A stretch of DNA of 64,000 nucleotides from Lingula anatina (taxonomy: Eukaryota; Animalia; Brachiopoda): NCBI GenBank assembly GCA_051362555.1, contig CM120645.1, forward strand, positions 7,812,001 through 7,876,000, in the 5' to 3' direction. Numbering within the stretch: position 1 is the stretch's first letter; the number at the start of each line of letters is the position of its first letter. The translations under genes were made by a program, and so were the position numbers. Below the pieces are notes generated by a model. It was given only the letters and a program-made list of their open reading frames with translations, was not told the DNA's origin and ran no database searches. Below, one piece after another: positions 27,401-41,852 of the stretch.

Positions 27401-30400
27401 TCAAGGAAATCACCAGGAAAACAAAAATTGGCAAAAAAAAAACATAAGTGTTACTGTACTCCATTTGAGGTCTCCATCTGAAAATAATAGGCTTCATGTA
27501 GAGAACTATAGATATAAAATGCTTTAGGTGTAGTTCAAATGCCAAATATGTCATGGGAAGTGTATTTATTAAATACAGACTGCAGAAGTAGTATTACTAC
27601 GTACATGTCATGCCATTACTTGTCCAATTAGTCTAGTTAGTATACCAGAGCCATTAACATGTAAAAATCTTTGCCACATGTAGAAAATAAGTCAAATTAT
27701 CATAAAAAAATTCAAGAGGGAAATGTGACTATTCCAGCATTTCATCACTATTATGACTCAAAATAAGGATTCTGCTCCCAAAAAAGATTATGTGATTGGC
27801 TTAGATAAACAAAATTTAATCAGAATGAGCCCGACTATACACTTTGCCTATACAGCATATACTGTACTCAGCACACTGCAGGTGGTTTATGTGTCACTTC
27901 GTTGAATATTTAATGATGTTTTTAAGTGATGCTCTACAATGGCAGGTTCCCCGTCGCCATCCCATAGTGACGAGGTTGCCTGAGGTTGTGACAGATGAGG
28001 ATTATCGCTAGTTAATTAATCACCAAATGAATCATGATAGAAAATGAAGACCAGTTTATTGCAGAAAATTGCGTTGATGTGTTTGCTCTTGCTGTTTGGT
28101 TCTTATACATTACCTAACACAGTTAGGTGAAAATTTTATTATTAATATGTCTTTGATTCATTGCAATCCCTCCACAAAAGAAATCTTGAAGCAGAAGTGA
28201 ATATAGACAACTGATTGGGCATATATGCATTTATGCAATTGTCTGCAAGGTTTTATTAGCTCTGATACTGTATGGAATATGAAAGCTGTAGTCTGCACTG
28301 CTTTATTCTGAGAAAAATTGGCGAAAGAGATAAATATGATATTGATGCTTTGCTTTATGACATAGCAGACTGTCTGGTTGTTGTCTGGTTTTTTGTATTT
28401 TTCAAATCCCACTGTGTAGTTAATTATCTACTGTGCAGGAGTGAGTCATGGTTTTTTCCATTTTCTGACTGAAAAAAATGCTGATGCTTACACACGATTA
28501 CATGTGAACCGTTTCCCTCCGAATGAGGGTTTGTCATGAGCATGGTATAACACCTCTCTGCCTAATCATATTGTTAATTAATGCGACAATTGAAAAGTTT
28601 GACAAAGAATCAGATTCTCACTTGTCCAAGTGTCACTGAGTCAGATGATATTCCAACAACTCTGTATCTGAGCAAAGTCTCCCATTTGAGTCAGACACTC
28701 ACGCCCTGAGTTTCAAAGGCCATCGTAAATTCCTCTCTCAACTGTCAGCATCAAGGCTCTCCGTTCAGCCCTCATTTGGACAGCCATTTCCCTCAGAAAA
28801 CGGCCTACATTTCCAAACATAACTAGACGGCTTACATGAGAATTTTGGGTTGATTGGTTGGGCTTGCTTGGGTTAGACTCCCTGTAAATGACAAAATTAC
28901 AATTTCACATTTTTGGATTACAGATTCACATTTTTGTACCCCAAATCCTGGGGAAACTCCTGATTAGAATGCTTCTGCCAAGGCTGCTACTCACTGTGGA
29001 GAGGCGAGATTCCAGCGTCCTCTGAAACTCTGGACAGAAAATGATTGAAAATCATGAGACTTTTTTGTGACCAAATGTTTTGTGATTACACGTTGATATA
29101 GAATGCCAGAGCATCAGATCTCATTACACACAATTTCCATATAGTGCAGGGTTGACTTACAGGTATATTGAGAATATAGGCCAAACTCCATCAGTTGGAG
29201 TCAGTAGAGAACTATAGGTTACAAATGGGAGACTGAAGTTCCATTGTAAGCTTGCTGTTTTTTTGTGACATAAACTGATACAAATGGCTACTGTTTCAGC
29301 CTTAGCCATGAGAGTGACTTACTCAGTATATATCTCCAATTGGTCCGTGACTGGTCAAGTGTCTTTGGATTCAGATATCATTTTATTTCATCTGCTTCAT
29401 GAAATGTCAGTTATGTTTAGAATTACAGCAAAAACTGGTATATTGGTTGTGAGTGAGAGCTGGCAGTGCAGTAGATGTTCTCTTTCTGTCAGAGTCTCAC
29501 CATCTCACTCACAATCTACATTTTGTGCTTGTACTTGAATAACCTAATTAATTTCCCCTTCACAATAAATTTATTTAATCATTCTTACCTGAGGCTTTTC
29601 CTGGTAGCCTTAAATATTATGTCCTCAAAGGTTCAGTACATACATGCATACCTGTTCTTGTTTTGACCAAAAAAGAAACAAAAACTAAGCACATGCATAC
29701 TTTTTTACAGAGTGTTTTTAAGCAATAGATAATTGTATCAATGAAAATGTAGAGGAGATTTCTATGAAGGTAATGTGTATACCTGGGTTCACACCTCCCT
29801 GTTTACCTTTAGTTCATTTAGACTTGTAATTTTATAATGAGAAAAGTGCATTAAGTTGATACCTGGTAACGACCAAGAGACTTCTCTGAATTTTTACTTA
29901 CGAATGATTTACAAGTTATGTTCATGGAACTTTTAACTTGCGAATGATTTATCAGTTATGCTCCTAAAGTGAATGGATTAGTTCTCTGTTAGTCAAGTGT
30001 GAAACCTTATTAATAATACAAATATCAATTTGCCAACGACATGCAGACAAAAGTAATGATATTTGAAAATCCTTGTTGAAAGGTTTGATGAGAAATGAAA
30101 CATGAGACATGATCAATAATGTGTAGCTACACTCCTTTTTGATGAAATAACTATTTGTAGTTGAAGATAGCAAAATATTTTTATTAAGAGATTCCTGTCT
30201 GACGAACATCTAAGTGGTTTAAAATGTTGAAATCTCCAAAAAAAGTTTGATGCCTAGGTTAATTAAAATCATTACCGGTGGTTTCTTTTACTAAAGTCTA
30301 TTAAGAACGTCAAGAAAAAAATTTTAATAAGCTGTCAATTTTGGATCTTTCATTAAAATCTAATTTGATCCCACACTTTCTTTTTTTTTTTAATTTTCAC

Positions 30401-33400
30401 CACAAGGCAAGTTTATAAAAACAAAGGAAAATAATAATTAAAATGAGGATATCCAGATATTTTAAAAGTGCAGCTAAGTCAACTTGCTTCTCCATAGCAG
30501 TATGTGACAAAAAGCACTTAAATTTATCCGAAAAGGGTCAGCAAATCTCTCCTACTTGACCTCGGGTCATCAAGGACTTTAAATAAGATAAACCACATTT
30601 TCATTAAACATGCACTTAATTTTGGACCAAGTTGACAAACAAACAGGAACCAACACTACCTGCCACCTTTGTTTGTTGTTTACTGATTCATCAGGTGTCA
30701 GTTTATGTCAGCAAGACCCATTTATACAGGGACCATATACCCATATATATCATGTAGAAATTGATACCTATGAGCTCAGCCGTATCAGGACAGTTCAGGA
30801 TCAGTTTTCAACTGGTTTTGAACTAGTTTTTGATTTTCTAGTGGTCTGTTGGATAATATCCTACTTAATTTTCATGTCACACTTTTATATGGCAGTTGAT
30901 TGTAATCAGTGTTGATTGTTTTATGACATGCTGTGGGCTCCATTGTGTTAACATCCCATTTACATTCCTTTCATAATGTGAACGCAATCAACTTAATTAA
31001 CATGGTATTCAGTAAAAAATAACCTGAACTGGTTTCGTAGTAATCCTTGTCATGGTCATTGTAAAGGGTCCAGGTGATTATCACAGGTAAAAATTGACAC
31101 CTACTGCCTACTTATTACAGTCTTAATATAATAAGAGTAGTGGTCACTGCAAAGACCTAGGTGTCTTATTGTCTTGGGCCATTAATGTTAATGTTACTGA
31201 CCAGCTGTGGGCAGCTTGAGTGGGCAGGTGGACAGCGGAAGGACATTATCAGGGTCAGTGAATAGGGAGAGAGGAGTAGAGTACAGTTAGTGTATAACAA
31301 TGGGTAGTCTTGTTGCTCAGTCAGAATCTGAAGGTTGTTGTGTGGAGAGGGTGTGGAGAGGAGCTAGCATGTAAAGATGGAGGAGCTATACATGCAGCTG
31401 GGACAGCACAGAATAGAGAGCAGTGTAAGTTGACAGAAATATGTGTAGATAGCAGTAAGACTATAACAGGAGCACATGTGAGAATTAGCTAAGTATTATT
31501 GGTCATTTGGAAGTATTTGTCCCTTCTATACTATAGCATCTTTATCTACTGTAGTGTAGTATATCATTATGTCAAAATGTTCAACACTTATATTCTTTTA
31601 ATTATACTTTCTGCACCAGACTGAGCTGGTGAAAATGTACAGAGATAGAGTACTAGTAAGTTGCCAGCATATTTTCTTCAAGTTAGTTTAGGTGAGACAC
31701 AGACTTGCTTGTTTTCTTTTAGCTATATTTTTATGTGAAATGGAAAATATAAATGCAAATGGAAAGGCTCAAATATTATATTAGGCGTACTTGGTATGTC
31801 ACTTATTTGCTACATGTAGGTTGGTTTATTTTTAAGGCACCAAAGGTAAAAGATTGTTCAGGTCCTATTTAATAAGCAGAGTGAGTACAAAGTAATTTGA
31901 AGCACAAGTATATCTTAATGTTTGAAACAATGCATATATTTCATATAAACTTCTCTTGTGGTAGTTATCTCATTGGTCATCTGTATATATTCATATATAA
32001 TCATCATGATGAGATTTTAAGTTGAAGCAGATTTTATTAGATTATGTGATATGTGTGAAGTTATCAAGCGGTGTCAGCACTAACTAAGTTCAACATTAAT
32101 TTTCGACAAATTTCCATGATGGATTAACACCTGACATTGGTATGGCAAATAAGTGCTAATTTTTGTAAGGAATCAATAATGAGCAAGATTCAGAGGAAAA
32201 GTGTTCTTGGGAGGTGCAAATCCACAGTTTTAATTACATCCTGTTATTCCAACCATCTTGAAAAATTTGTCATTCATATACAGTTCATCTCCAAGAATCT
32301 GTAGGTGAAACATGTAGGTGTGTTACTATTAGGTGAGTGAAACTATCATTTCTATATTATAATATAGCACATATTTTTTCTGACTTTTGTAGTTATTTAG
32401 CATGGCTTAACCCAGGCTCATTCATTTTGAACAAAACACAATGCAGACAGTGTGAGACAGACTTTAGATTAAGCGACTGGGTTGATTATCACGTAAGATC
32501 TTGATGCGCATTGATAAAATGTATACACATCAGAAGTGAAGCTTCTGTATAACCCAGCCCTGTATAACCCATCCTGACATGTACTTAACATTCCTTCATT
32601 CACTCATTCATCTATGTGTAAATGTGGCATGCGATATACAGATCTTGTGTCTGACTCTTCTTTGGTACTTGTAATTCAATGTAGTACACTGCTTGTGCAT
32701 TCGGTCTTACATCCAATACATTCATGGGTGTGCATTCAGATATTCACTCCGATTCTGTTTTGGCAATATGGTGTGCACTGCCATGCAGTTGAATACAGAT
32801 TTAGCTACCACTTGTTTTGTCACTGAAGTATATAATACTAGCATGTCTGTCCTTCTTTCAGTCGGCTGAATTATGTGCCCTCATGTAACAGATGCTGATC
32901 ATGACTCTGATTGTGTTGTGGTTAAAGGCAAATAGCTGATGTGAGACTAGGATCACCACTCGAATTGGATAATTGTGGTCAGATTTAAAATGGCCAACTG
33001 TCACTCAGTGGTCAGTGGTGTCACATGTTGGTACTAGCTGGTGATGGACGTTGCTGCTGTAGACTGACAGTTATACTTGTTTTCTCTTTTTCCCTAAATT
33101 ACTTCTGAGCATGCAAAGCTGAAAGGTGGTCAAGATTGAGTTTATTTTTTGGTAGGTAGATATTCTTAAGATTATAAATGTGACTTTGGCTAATATTATT
33201 TGATCATGTCAGTGGTAATGAAATGGTCGACCCAATTTTTAAAAAATCATGCAGTTGTCTTATTGGTACAAAAAATGATTTTTGATTAGTGTGATAACTT
33301 CTGTTACACATATGATTTTCTAAAAACAAGGCATAAAGTTTGGAATTGTTCTTAATCCATATAGCCTTCAGGGAATTAGACAATAAATCATCAGAAACCG

Positions 33401-33967
33401 TAACGTCTACAAACTGCAAAAAAACAGAGGGTTTAATTGATTGGAAATATCCAGTTGACATTTAGAAGACTGTCAACATCTTTACCATGAAGGCACTGGA
33501 GACTTGGCTTAGTTTTTAGAGAAATAGAAATTAGACAGTAATCCAATAGCCATTATCCACAAATAAGGTCCTGTTAGTTATTTTTTCTACTGGGTGTAAA
33601 CTAGGTTTATCCATACCCCCATCATCAGTCAACATTGTGGTTAGGGAGAAATTGAAGCTTCTAGCTGTAGACCCAGTTTTAAGGAATACCCTGTGGTGTC
33701 CAGACACATAAGCTATAAATGGAGGGATCGAGGCACTGGTTGGGTTAAACTGGTTAACCACAGAAAATAAAAATGACAGGCAGCTGCCTCACCATTGACT
33801 GCTGCCTCAGGACCACATGCCTGGGTATGGCAACTGATTGATGGGAGACTCTCTCTCTCTCTCTCTCAATTTTTTTTTATTTTAATTTTTTATTAAATTA
33901 ATTTATATTTATTTATTCTCATTCTTTGTTTATTTATTCATTATTGTAATTATTCTCATTCTTTACT

Positions 33968-34000
<33 letters not shown>

Positions 34001-37000
34001 TTGCCTAGGGGTACCATACTAATTTCTATATTTCTACGTTTTTGTTTATAAGGAAATATTCCATGGGGTATAGGAGGGCTGTAATAAAAATAATAACAGT
34101 ATGAAAAAAATGCTCATTAAAATGACAAATTTTTATTCAGTTCAAATTTGGTAGTTAGCAGATGTTAGTTACATGTAGATTGTGATTGCCTCAGAAACAC
34201 AACAGAATTTACTTACTGTAGTTCATGACCACATGTTAAATGACAGTGTTGTTACAGATCTGGTGTTTAAGTCCGATGTAATGAGATTTTTTTCTAAATT
34301 ATTCAGCAGAAAAACAACTAATCAGCCAAATTCACACACCAAGGATAGATCAATTATATGAGCAAGGTTATTGTACATGTGAAATTCGCGCACGTGTAAT
34401 TTGAAAAACTCAATTTTCAAAGGAGCATGTATTGAAAGTGTCTTGATAGCTATATTCATGTGCTGTTATCTAAGAACTTACCAATCAACAGTCAGGGACA
34501 CTGGAGGTGACTTCATATAATTTCCCGAAATTAATTCTTATTAAATTGAGCATTTTAGATTCTAGATAAGGGGACTTGGACAATAATGACCCTGTTGTTA
34601 TTTTTGGCCCAGTTTTGTCCTTCTCTAAAAGACACTTCTTTCTGTGAAATTTTTTTAGCATTCAAGAAGACTGCAAATTAAAGGCAGTCTGATTGGTAAA
34701 TAATTATTGTCTTTTGTATTTTTCTTTAATAATAATGGTCATTTAGAGAGAGTATTTGGCAGTGCCCACTTTATTTTGCAGCTTCCTTTGTTACTGTCAT
34801 GTTCTTTAACTTGAGATGACCTTTACTTGATTTGATAAGTTGGACAAGAAGGCATTCAAATGGAATTGCAGCTAATTTTTTCTAGCCAGTACATTTCATC
34901 AAAATATATTGCAACCTCTGAATTTGAAACTGTATTGTGCTTACACGTACTGCCATATATGGAGAAAAAATCTTCAGGCTAAGTCTGTAATTCATACCGG
35001 CAGAATCACCGAAGTCTGTAGTCAGTTGACTGCTAAATTATCAAGTCTTAAATTGAGAGCAGCAAGCAGACACTGTTTAACAATCTTGAAACCCCATTAT
35101 CCCGTAAGAAGTTCCTACTTGGATTTCAAAAAAGTTTCTGAACATGAATAATACTGTGTAATTGATACAAAGAAGTATAAACAAGAAAAGCAACATCACC
35201 AAGAAAATATTGGTTTTATTTCTTGTTTAGTTGATTGAAAAAGGAGTCATTTCTAAGAAAATAAAACCTCCTGTGGCAAAAATATACTTCAGATTATATC
35301 AGACTGCTTTTCAAGTGTATTCTGCCTGTTAAACAAATGCAGTGCTGATATACCTTTGTGAAGGAAGTAAACACTTAAAACTAGATTTTATTTTAGATTA
35401 ACATACCTTACGGGGCATATTAAGATTGACACAAATATCCTTGAGGAAATATTGATTTTCACGACATCCATTTGTAGACGAAGAAAAATACATTTAAACT
35501 TCAGTCAAAATTTGAAAGGGCTGATCACACAGAAGCATCGTTCCTGACGTTCCAGAGGCTGGAGAGAAAGTTGATAGTGAGAGATCATCGAGAAGGTCCA
35601 TTTTGTGCCATCAGTGACCAAAAGATTATATTTCCAAATTCAAAGCTAAAGATCTATTTAAGGACCAGTTACTGGAATTGCTGATTGTAAGTTGTGAAGA
35701 AAAACAAATGGTCAGTTGAAGACTGACAGGGGGTCATTATATTTAGGGATCTAAAAGGTCACAGGATAAAGAGGTTGGACAAAAATATTCAGAAGTTAGA
35801 ACAGCAGTAAAGCAGTTGTGGACAAATGTTATTTGAGCTTGGCATTTTTTCCATGAAATTTTATAGCAGTTAGTAAATGTGTGATTACTTTTTTGTGAGT
35901 TGAATTTTGATCTTGAAAGTGATGCATGGCACTCTTGAGACTTTCTCTTGCTTTTTAAGTACATTTTGTGCATAAATGAAGTCAATACTTAACAAACTGC
36001 CAAACTCAATTTATAACAATAGTTCAGCTAATGGACATCATTGCATGTTTTATTTAGAACTATGCGGGCGATGTATTGTTCTGGTTGATTTGTTGAATGG
36101 CTGAGTGGCAGTTTTTGTTATATATCTTGACTTAACCTTTGCCTGGGTTATTGATGGTGCTATGAATTGAAATAGGCTAAGGTGTATTTTTGTTTATAAT
36201 TCTACTTACAGTATTAACAGTTATGGGTCATATTATTTATTTATTTATTTATTTATTTATGTCTTAACATGTGAACCTTTGCTTCATAACCCTCCCCTTT
36301 CCCAGCTCTTCTGCCCACACCCATCACTACTAGTTCATTAAAAAGAAAGCATTTACCTTGTCTTGCTCATTGGCCAACCATAAAATCTTGTTTATTACCA
36401 AGTTATGAAAACAAACACAAACTGCAGCCATGCATAAATGACATTTTAGGTTTCTGCACGGTTGGAGCTGACAAGACTTGGTGTATGCACTGCCATGTAG
36501 GTTATAAAATTCAAGACATGTCACGGGAAGTTCCTTTTATAGAGTATACAGTAAAATGCACTGACACCAAAAATTTCAGACCATCACCATTGTTGTAAAT
36601 GTAGTGTTTATATAAGAACTTCCTAAAATATCTTCATTAGATATAGTTGAGGGTTCACAGGGAATTCTAAGAAAGAGATAGTGTGTGTGTGTGTAAAATT
36701 GCCTATATCGGCTAATCTTTATCCTCGCTGCCTGTGATGTGAGAGACTCGCCCACTCAGAACTGTTAAACTGTTGTTGAAATGTCAAAACTGTCATAGAT
36801 ATTGTTGAAGGCCACTGCTTTTTTAACTGACCGGTGCTGTGTGAACTGACCACTGCTGTTAGGAGGCAATAGTGAGTGTTTGTAATGACCAAGATATGGT
36901 TTCTGTAAATATCACAAAGAAGGCACCGTTTTAGATTATATTCATTCCTGGTTCTCAGTATTGAAAGTGATTTCAACAAATTAAAATATAGAATTAACAG

Positions 37001-37785
37001 TTAATATATTTTGTTCATTTTTACCTCATATTTTTCTTATGATAATGATTTTTAGGAATGATTTTATATACAATAAGTCTTATCTGTGTGATCTCTTTGT
37101 ATGGGGATTTTTGTGATGCCTGATTTAAGCTGTTCTGATCCTTGACCGTGCTGATTCTTGACCATGACAGATGATATCACTGGTGCAGCACGGAAGCTGT
37201 CTGTAACAATGAAATACTTTGGAGAAAGTAAACATAGTAGGATTTGGATATCTTGCATGCAGTATCACAGCACAATTATCTAAGAAGCATGATCTGATTA
37301 GATTTCTCGTGTGACGTTGACAGAAGCATTATGCAGTTTGTTTCCACTGGGTTTGATATTTATTCAGAGGTGGGGGATTAGGGTCTGACAAAATAACTTC
37401 TGACTCTAGCTCTAGATGGTTTTAACTTTTTGTCCTTTCAGTAACAAAGATTTGATTCAGCAAAAGCAGGATTTGTACTTGATATATGTTGTGTAGGAAA
37501 CACTGACCTGTTGAACTAGCCAGAGATTTAAAGATATTTTGTTTCTTTGCTTTGTAATGTCTTATGTTGCTTAAATTACTAGAACCTGCATAAAAATTAT
37601 TACATGAAGGCATTTTGATGTAAATTTGATGCACATTTTTGTAGTGCTTCCTGGTTGTGGGAATCATTAGGAACATTGTACCTGAAAACAGAAACCATTT
37701 CACCTGTGAAAGTAGTGGGCAAGTGAAAATGTTGCAGTGAAATGTCCATTTGCATTTCTTCCTGTTTACATAATCAACCCTGTAG

Positions 37786-37952
37786 ATGTCATGAAATGGA
37801 TGTATCTATATATTAACAGCACATTTCCAAGTCTTCCTGTTTTTGTCAAGTAAGCGTCACAAGTGTGAATGTCATGAAATGGATGTATCTATATATTTAC
37901 AGCACATTTGCAATTCTTCCTGTTTTTGTCAAGTAATCGTCACAAGTGTGAA
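37786..37952. repeat. Tandem duplication of an 83-bp unit (2 copies)
   Basis: atgtcatgaaatggatgtatctatatatt...cgtcacaagtgtgaa at 37786 and 37869 with few mismatches. Confidence 0.9.
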
Positions 37953-38834
37953 AGCATGATATCAAGTTTTAGCATAAACGGTATCATATCTCGGTATCCT
38001 ATCTCGAAAGCTAGGACACGGCTTCAATCAGACCAGTTGTGTTCTTTTTAAATGTGCCCAGCAGATGTCCTGGAGTTTTTGAAGCAAAATGTTCCATTTT
38101 CACAGCTGGTAACTCTGTTAAGTAGCCAAGCACTTTGAAAACTTTCTTGCACTCAAGTTTTCCACATCTGAGTGTACACAGTTATGAAGCTCACCATCTG
38201 TGTTTGCACTGGGGAGTGTGCCTTGTGAAAACACTGGACTGAGAAAATAGATGCTCCAAAGAGATAATTGGTGGACACTGACACTATTAGAAATCATTCT
38301 TTTGTACCATATTACCTGATGCTTTAAAGTCAGGTAAAAATTCATTTAATTTTTCAAAGGAAAATTACTTCAAGTATTAATTTTTTTTCTTCAGTTTTCT
38401 TCATTCCCTTCCTTTCAAAGGAACTAATGCACATGCAGTTCTGAGTTGACTATTCTTATCAAGCAGTTGCATCTTCTCATTAATTCCAATTATGTCATTC
38501 TTTGGTTATTTTTGTATGCTGTTAACCAACAGAGCACCAAATAATCTATTTATTGGCTTTGTCCTAGGGATTATTGAACTTCTATTTCAAATTTCTCATA
38601 CGTCAGCATGCTTATTTCAGTTATGAGCTTAATTGATTGGAGTACAATTATATATATATTTTTTTTTTCATAGAGATAAACAGTAAAATTTTAGTGAGAA
38701 AATTTTATGTGACAAAGATAAAGCATAAGGTAGAGATAAGAATTCTGATTCTATTCATTTTTCACAAGTATTCTAAATCTGATACATGAAAAAAAACCCT
38801 TCAGAAGCAATCACACAATCGAACCTTAATCAGT

Positions 38835-38980
38835 CCAATCCACTTAGATATTATGATAATAGCCAGCAGTGACGTCAGTGTTTTTCTAACATGCCCAGCC
38901 ATTGGTTAAAACTTGGTTGTTAGTTAGTGCAAGCACAGGGGGGTGCGGTAATCCAATGCAACATGGGCCACCGGTTTAAA
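38835..38980 (+). promoter_or_regulatory. Candidate internal promoter: full CRE plus CCAAT boxes
   Basis: TGACGTCA 38870-38877, CCAAT 38835 and 38953, ATTGG 38901, TTTAAA 38975. A donor-like CAGG|gtatgt lies at 39482. Confidence 0.4.
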
Positions 38981-40358
38981 TGCACTCAACACTTTCTTCC
39001 AGCTGAGGAAATACGAACAGTGCTAAGCCTAGTAGAATCATTTGCGAGTCACTTAACTTGCTGTCAGATACATGAGGTTGGAATTGCATGTACTTGAAGC
39101 TTAATTTCTTAGTGCTGCAGCCAAAGCTCACTTAGTGGCTTCTCTCTAGGCACCAGCTACTGGAAACCATAGAAAACAGAAGGTGGGTCTGGAAGTGAGT
39201 TTGTTTCCGAATAGGAAACAGAAGTCTACCCGAGTCTTTGATATTGGAACTGTTTGTATTGTAGGATATGTAATCTGGAACTGTGTATGTGTAGGTTGTT
39301 AAGAGCCGCAGTTACCTATAGTCTTAGCAGGCAAGGATGTAGGGCATTAACTTGAAGGTTTTTGCAGGCTGAACACTGTGAGATCCATAGCTGTGGTTGC
39401 AGGGGCATTTCATGCATCACAAAATTATAAAAGAAAGTGCTGGAGAAATCCAACTCATGTATGGTAGGCTTTATGAACAGGGTATGTAGATTAGATAAAA
39501 TCTTTCAATTTGGTGTAGCAAGTACTGTATGATTAGGAATTTTGTATGAAAATGGGAGATATTGGTTAACTGCCATTGCATTAGGAACTTGATTGCAAGT
39601 GTCAACTAATGTATTAATTAAGCATTGAATTTCCTTTGTACACAACTATTAATGAAGAGTATGTTTCTTCTAACTCTATCAAGTCTATCTTTGATAAAAT
39701 TAATCTCTTTACTTTGTTTGTTTATACAGATTTCTGTAATGAGTAATGATTGTTTGGTTTTGATTGAATGTTATATCAGGCTCAAGTGGTAACCATTGCA
39801 ATACATATGTTGAACAAATGACAGAGAATTTGATTTACATTTAGTCTTGTATAAAGTAACCTCCTGCTAGGCTAGTTGAACATTAACTTCTTTGTGAGAG
39901 GTCTCTTTCTGCTTGGGCAAGATTTGCTTCGAGATCAGTCTGGAAATTAGATGCCATTTGACAATGAGACAAGTAAGAACAACAGCAGGAGACATTTTGT
40001 TTTTTCAGGACATGGCATTTCCTTTGTAGGATTAAAGAATAGCCACAACATCACTTGATTTTGTTTGATTGCTGTTTTAGTAAATGATATTTTTTCCAAC
40101 AGAGAAATGGCTCTATAGCCATATAGGTGGTTCTACTTTACTTATTCACTGTATATGTGGTTAGTACTCTGTGTGCAAGGACAGTAAAAGGTCATTCTGC
40201 ATTCAGATATCTTTGTGTTATTGCAAGCTATTGCTTCCAGATGGATAATTCATGTTTTATTAGTTGCCTTGAAAAGGTCTGACATGCCTTGATGGGGAAT
40301 TCGACTGATTCTCTGCATTGAAAGCTCTTATCTATGTGTTTTTTTTCTCTCTTTACAG

Positions 40359-41852
40359 TCGCTCTGGTAGACCGCAGACTCCCAAGTTAAAAGAGAGACC
40401 AAACACAGTCGATGGTTCATCCCCTACAAAAGGACCACCCCCAAAGGTACCACCAAAATATCATCGCCAGCCGTCTGCTTCAGGAAACTCTATCAAGCTT
40501 CAGCGTCAACGCTCCTTCAGAAAATCCAAAGAAGAAAATGGCTCCCATCATTCTAAATCTCCAAATGCCTACGAGCTGTCATCTGACTTCCAGGCAAAGC
40601 AGATTGAGATGCTTGAAAAGAAGTATGGCGGACAACTGAGAGCAAGAATCGCTGCCAGAACAATTCAGCAAGCTTATAGGAATTATTGTTTACGGAAAAA
40701 TTTCCAGCGCCTTCGCAGCATTAAGGGAGAAAGGCGTTTAGTTCATCGACTTACTGAAATGGGGCGAAGTGATTCGATGTGGAATGACATTGTCATTCAT
40801 AATGATTCTTTATTCACATCTGAATACTCTGTGGATTCTGAGGGGAATTACAATATAGAGAAAACAAGGAAATTATCCGACTATGACAACTACAGCCCCC
40901 ATGAGGCATCTATTGACAAAATGAGGGAGACACACATGGCAGACGTAGTCATGAGAAGGATCATGAAAATTGACTTGGAAACCAATGCCAAGAAGAGAAA
41001 GGCCAAACAGAAGGGAGAAAAAGTCGGGATCCTGCATGGGTCTGAAGAAGAGCAGAACAACAACAGGAATTCTTACCCTGAACAGAATGACAGTAGTGCC
41101 AGTGATTCTCCACAGGAGACTCCAAATGAACCCCTGGTGGATCTTCCGAGCGTGAACTTTGAAAACGTCCTGGAGACGAGGGACACGTCTCACCACAATG
41201 ACAGTTTTAGCAACAGTGAAACAAGCTCGTTGTCAAGCTGGCACGGACCCAGTCGAAGGACCTCTTCAGAGGTGGCATATGAGCCTCTATTACAGCATGG
41301 CGAAATGTCGTATGAGAACTTGAGATCGCCATCTATGGATTATTCCGATGCCAACTTTGACTATAGTCGGGACGGACCCATGAGGGTAGATATGTCTCCT
41401 GGAGACAGATCGGTATATCCACCATTTTTGCATTATGGACGTGTAGACTCAGATCAGTCAGCCATGTATGGTAATCAGGAAGTTAAACTTCGAAACAAAC
41501 AGGGCGGTAAAAAATCCTCCCCACAAGAGTCACCAATATGGAAACGTAAAAGTGCTCTGGCCGAAGCCAAAATGGGATTGAAAGAAGAAGAGGAGAAGCG
41601 TATGAGTAATATCTCTGAAACAAGCGAGCCAGACAGTGTGGACGGTGGCCGAGCATTGTCTAGTTCAGGCTCAGATCTGACCAGTATGACCAGTATGAAT
41701 AGTGACACAGGGAGCTATGCTAAAGACACTCTGGACTCTTCAAAACTTAGGACTGAGTCGCCACAGCCCAGCGTACGATCTATGGGTTCTTCCAAGGTGT
41801 CAGATAAACAACGGAAAAGACAGTACAGAATTGGGCTAAATTTATTCAACAA
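40359..41852 (+). CDS. IQSEC: IQSEC/BRAG Arf-GEF, large common exon (IQ motif, Ser-rich linker, start of Sec7)
   Basis: Polypyrimidine tract plus tacag| acceptor. Encodes YELSSDFQAKQIEMLEKKYGG..AARTIQQAYRNY (IQSEC IQ region) and RKRQYRIGLNLFNK (Sec7 start). Donor AA|gtaagt. Confidence 0.95.

Noticed and set aside
31635-31661. ATG...CTA|gtaagt as another first exon (MYRDRVL)
   Set aside because: Phase 0, incompatible with the phase-2 acceptor at 40359. It could only be non-coding or use an unseen exon.
1-40300. Numerous 60-115 aa ORFs in the 5' region
   Set aside because: Low-complexity, mostly non-ATG starts, no motifs or consistent splice structure; expected by chance in AT-rich intron.
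40873-41708. Antisense ORFs over the large IQSEC exon
   Set aside because: Shadow ORFs of the coding strand.
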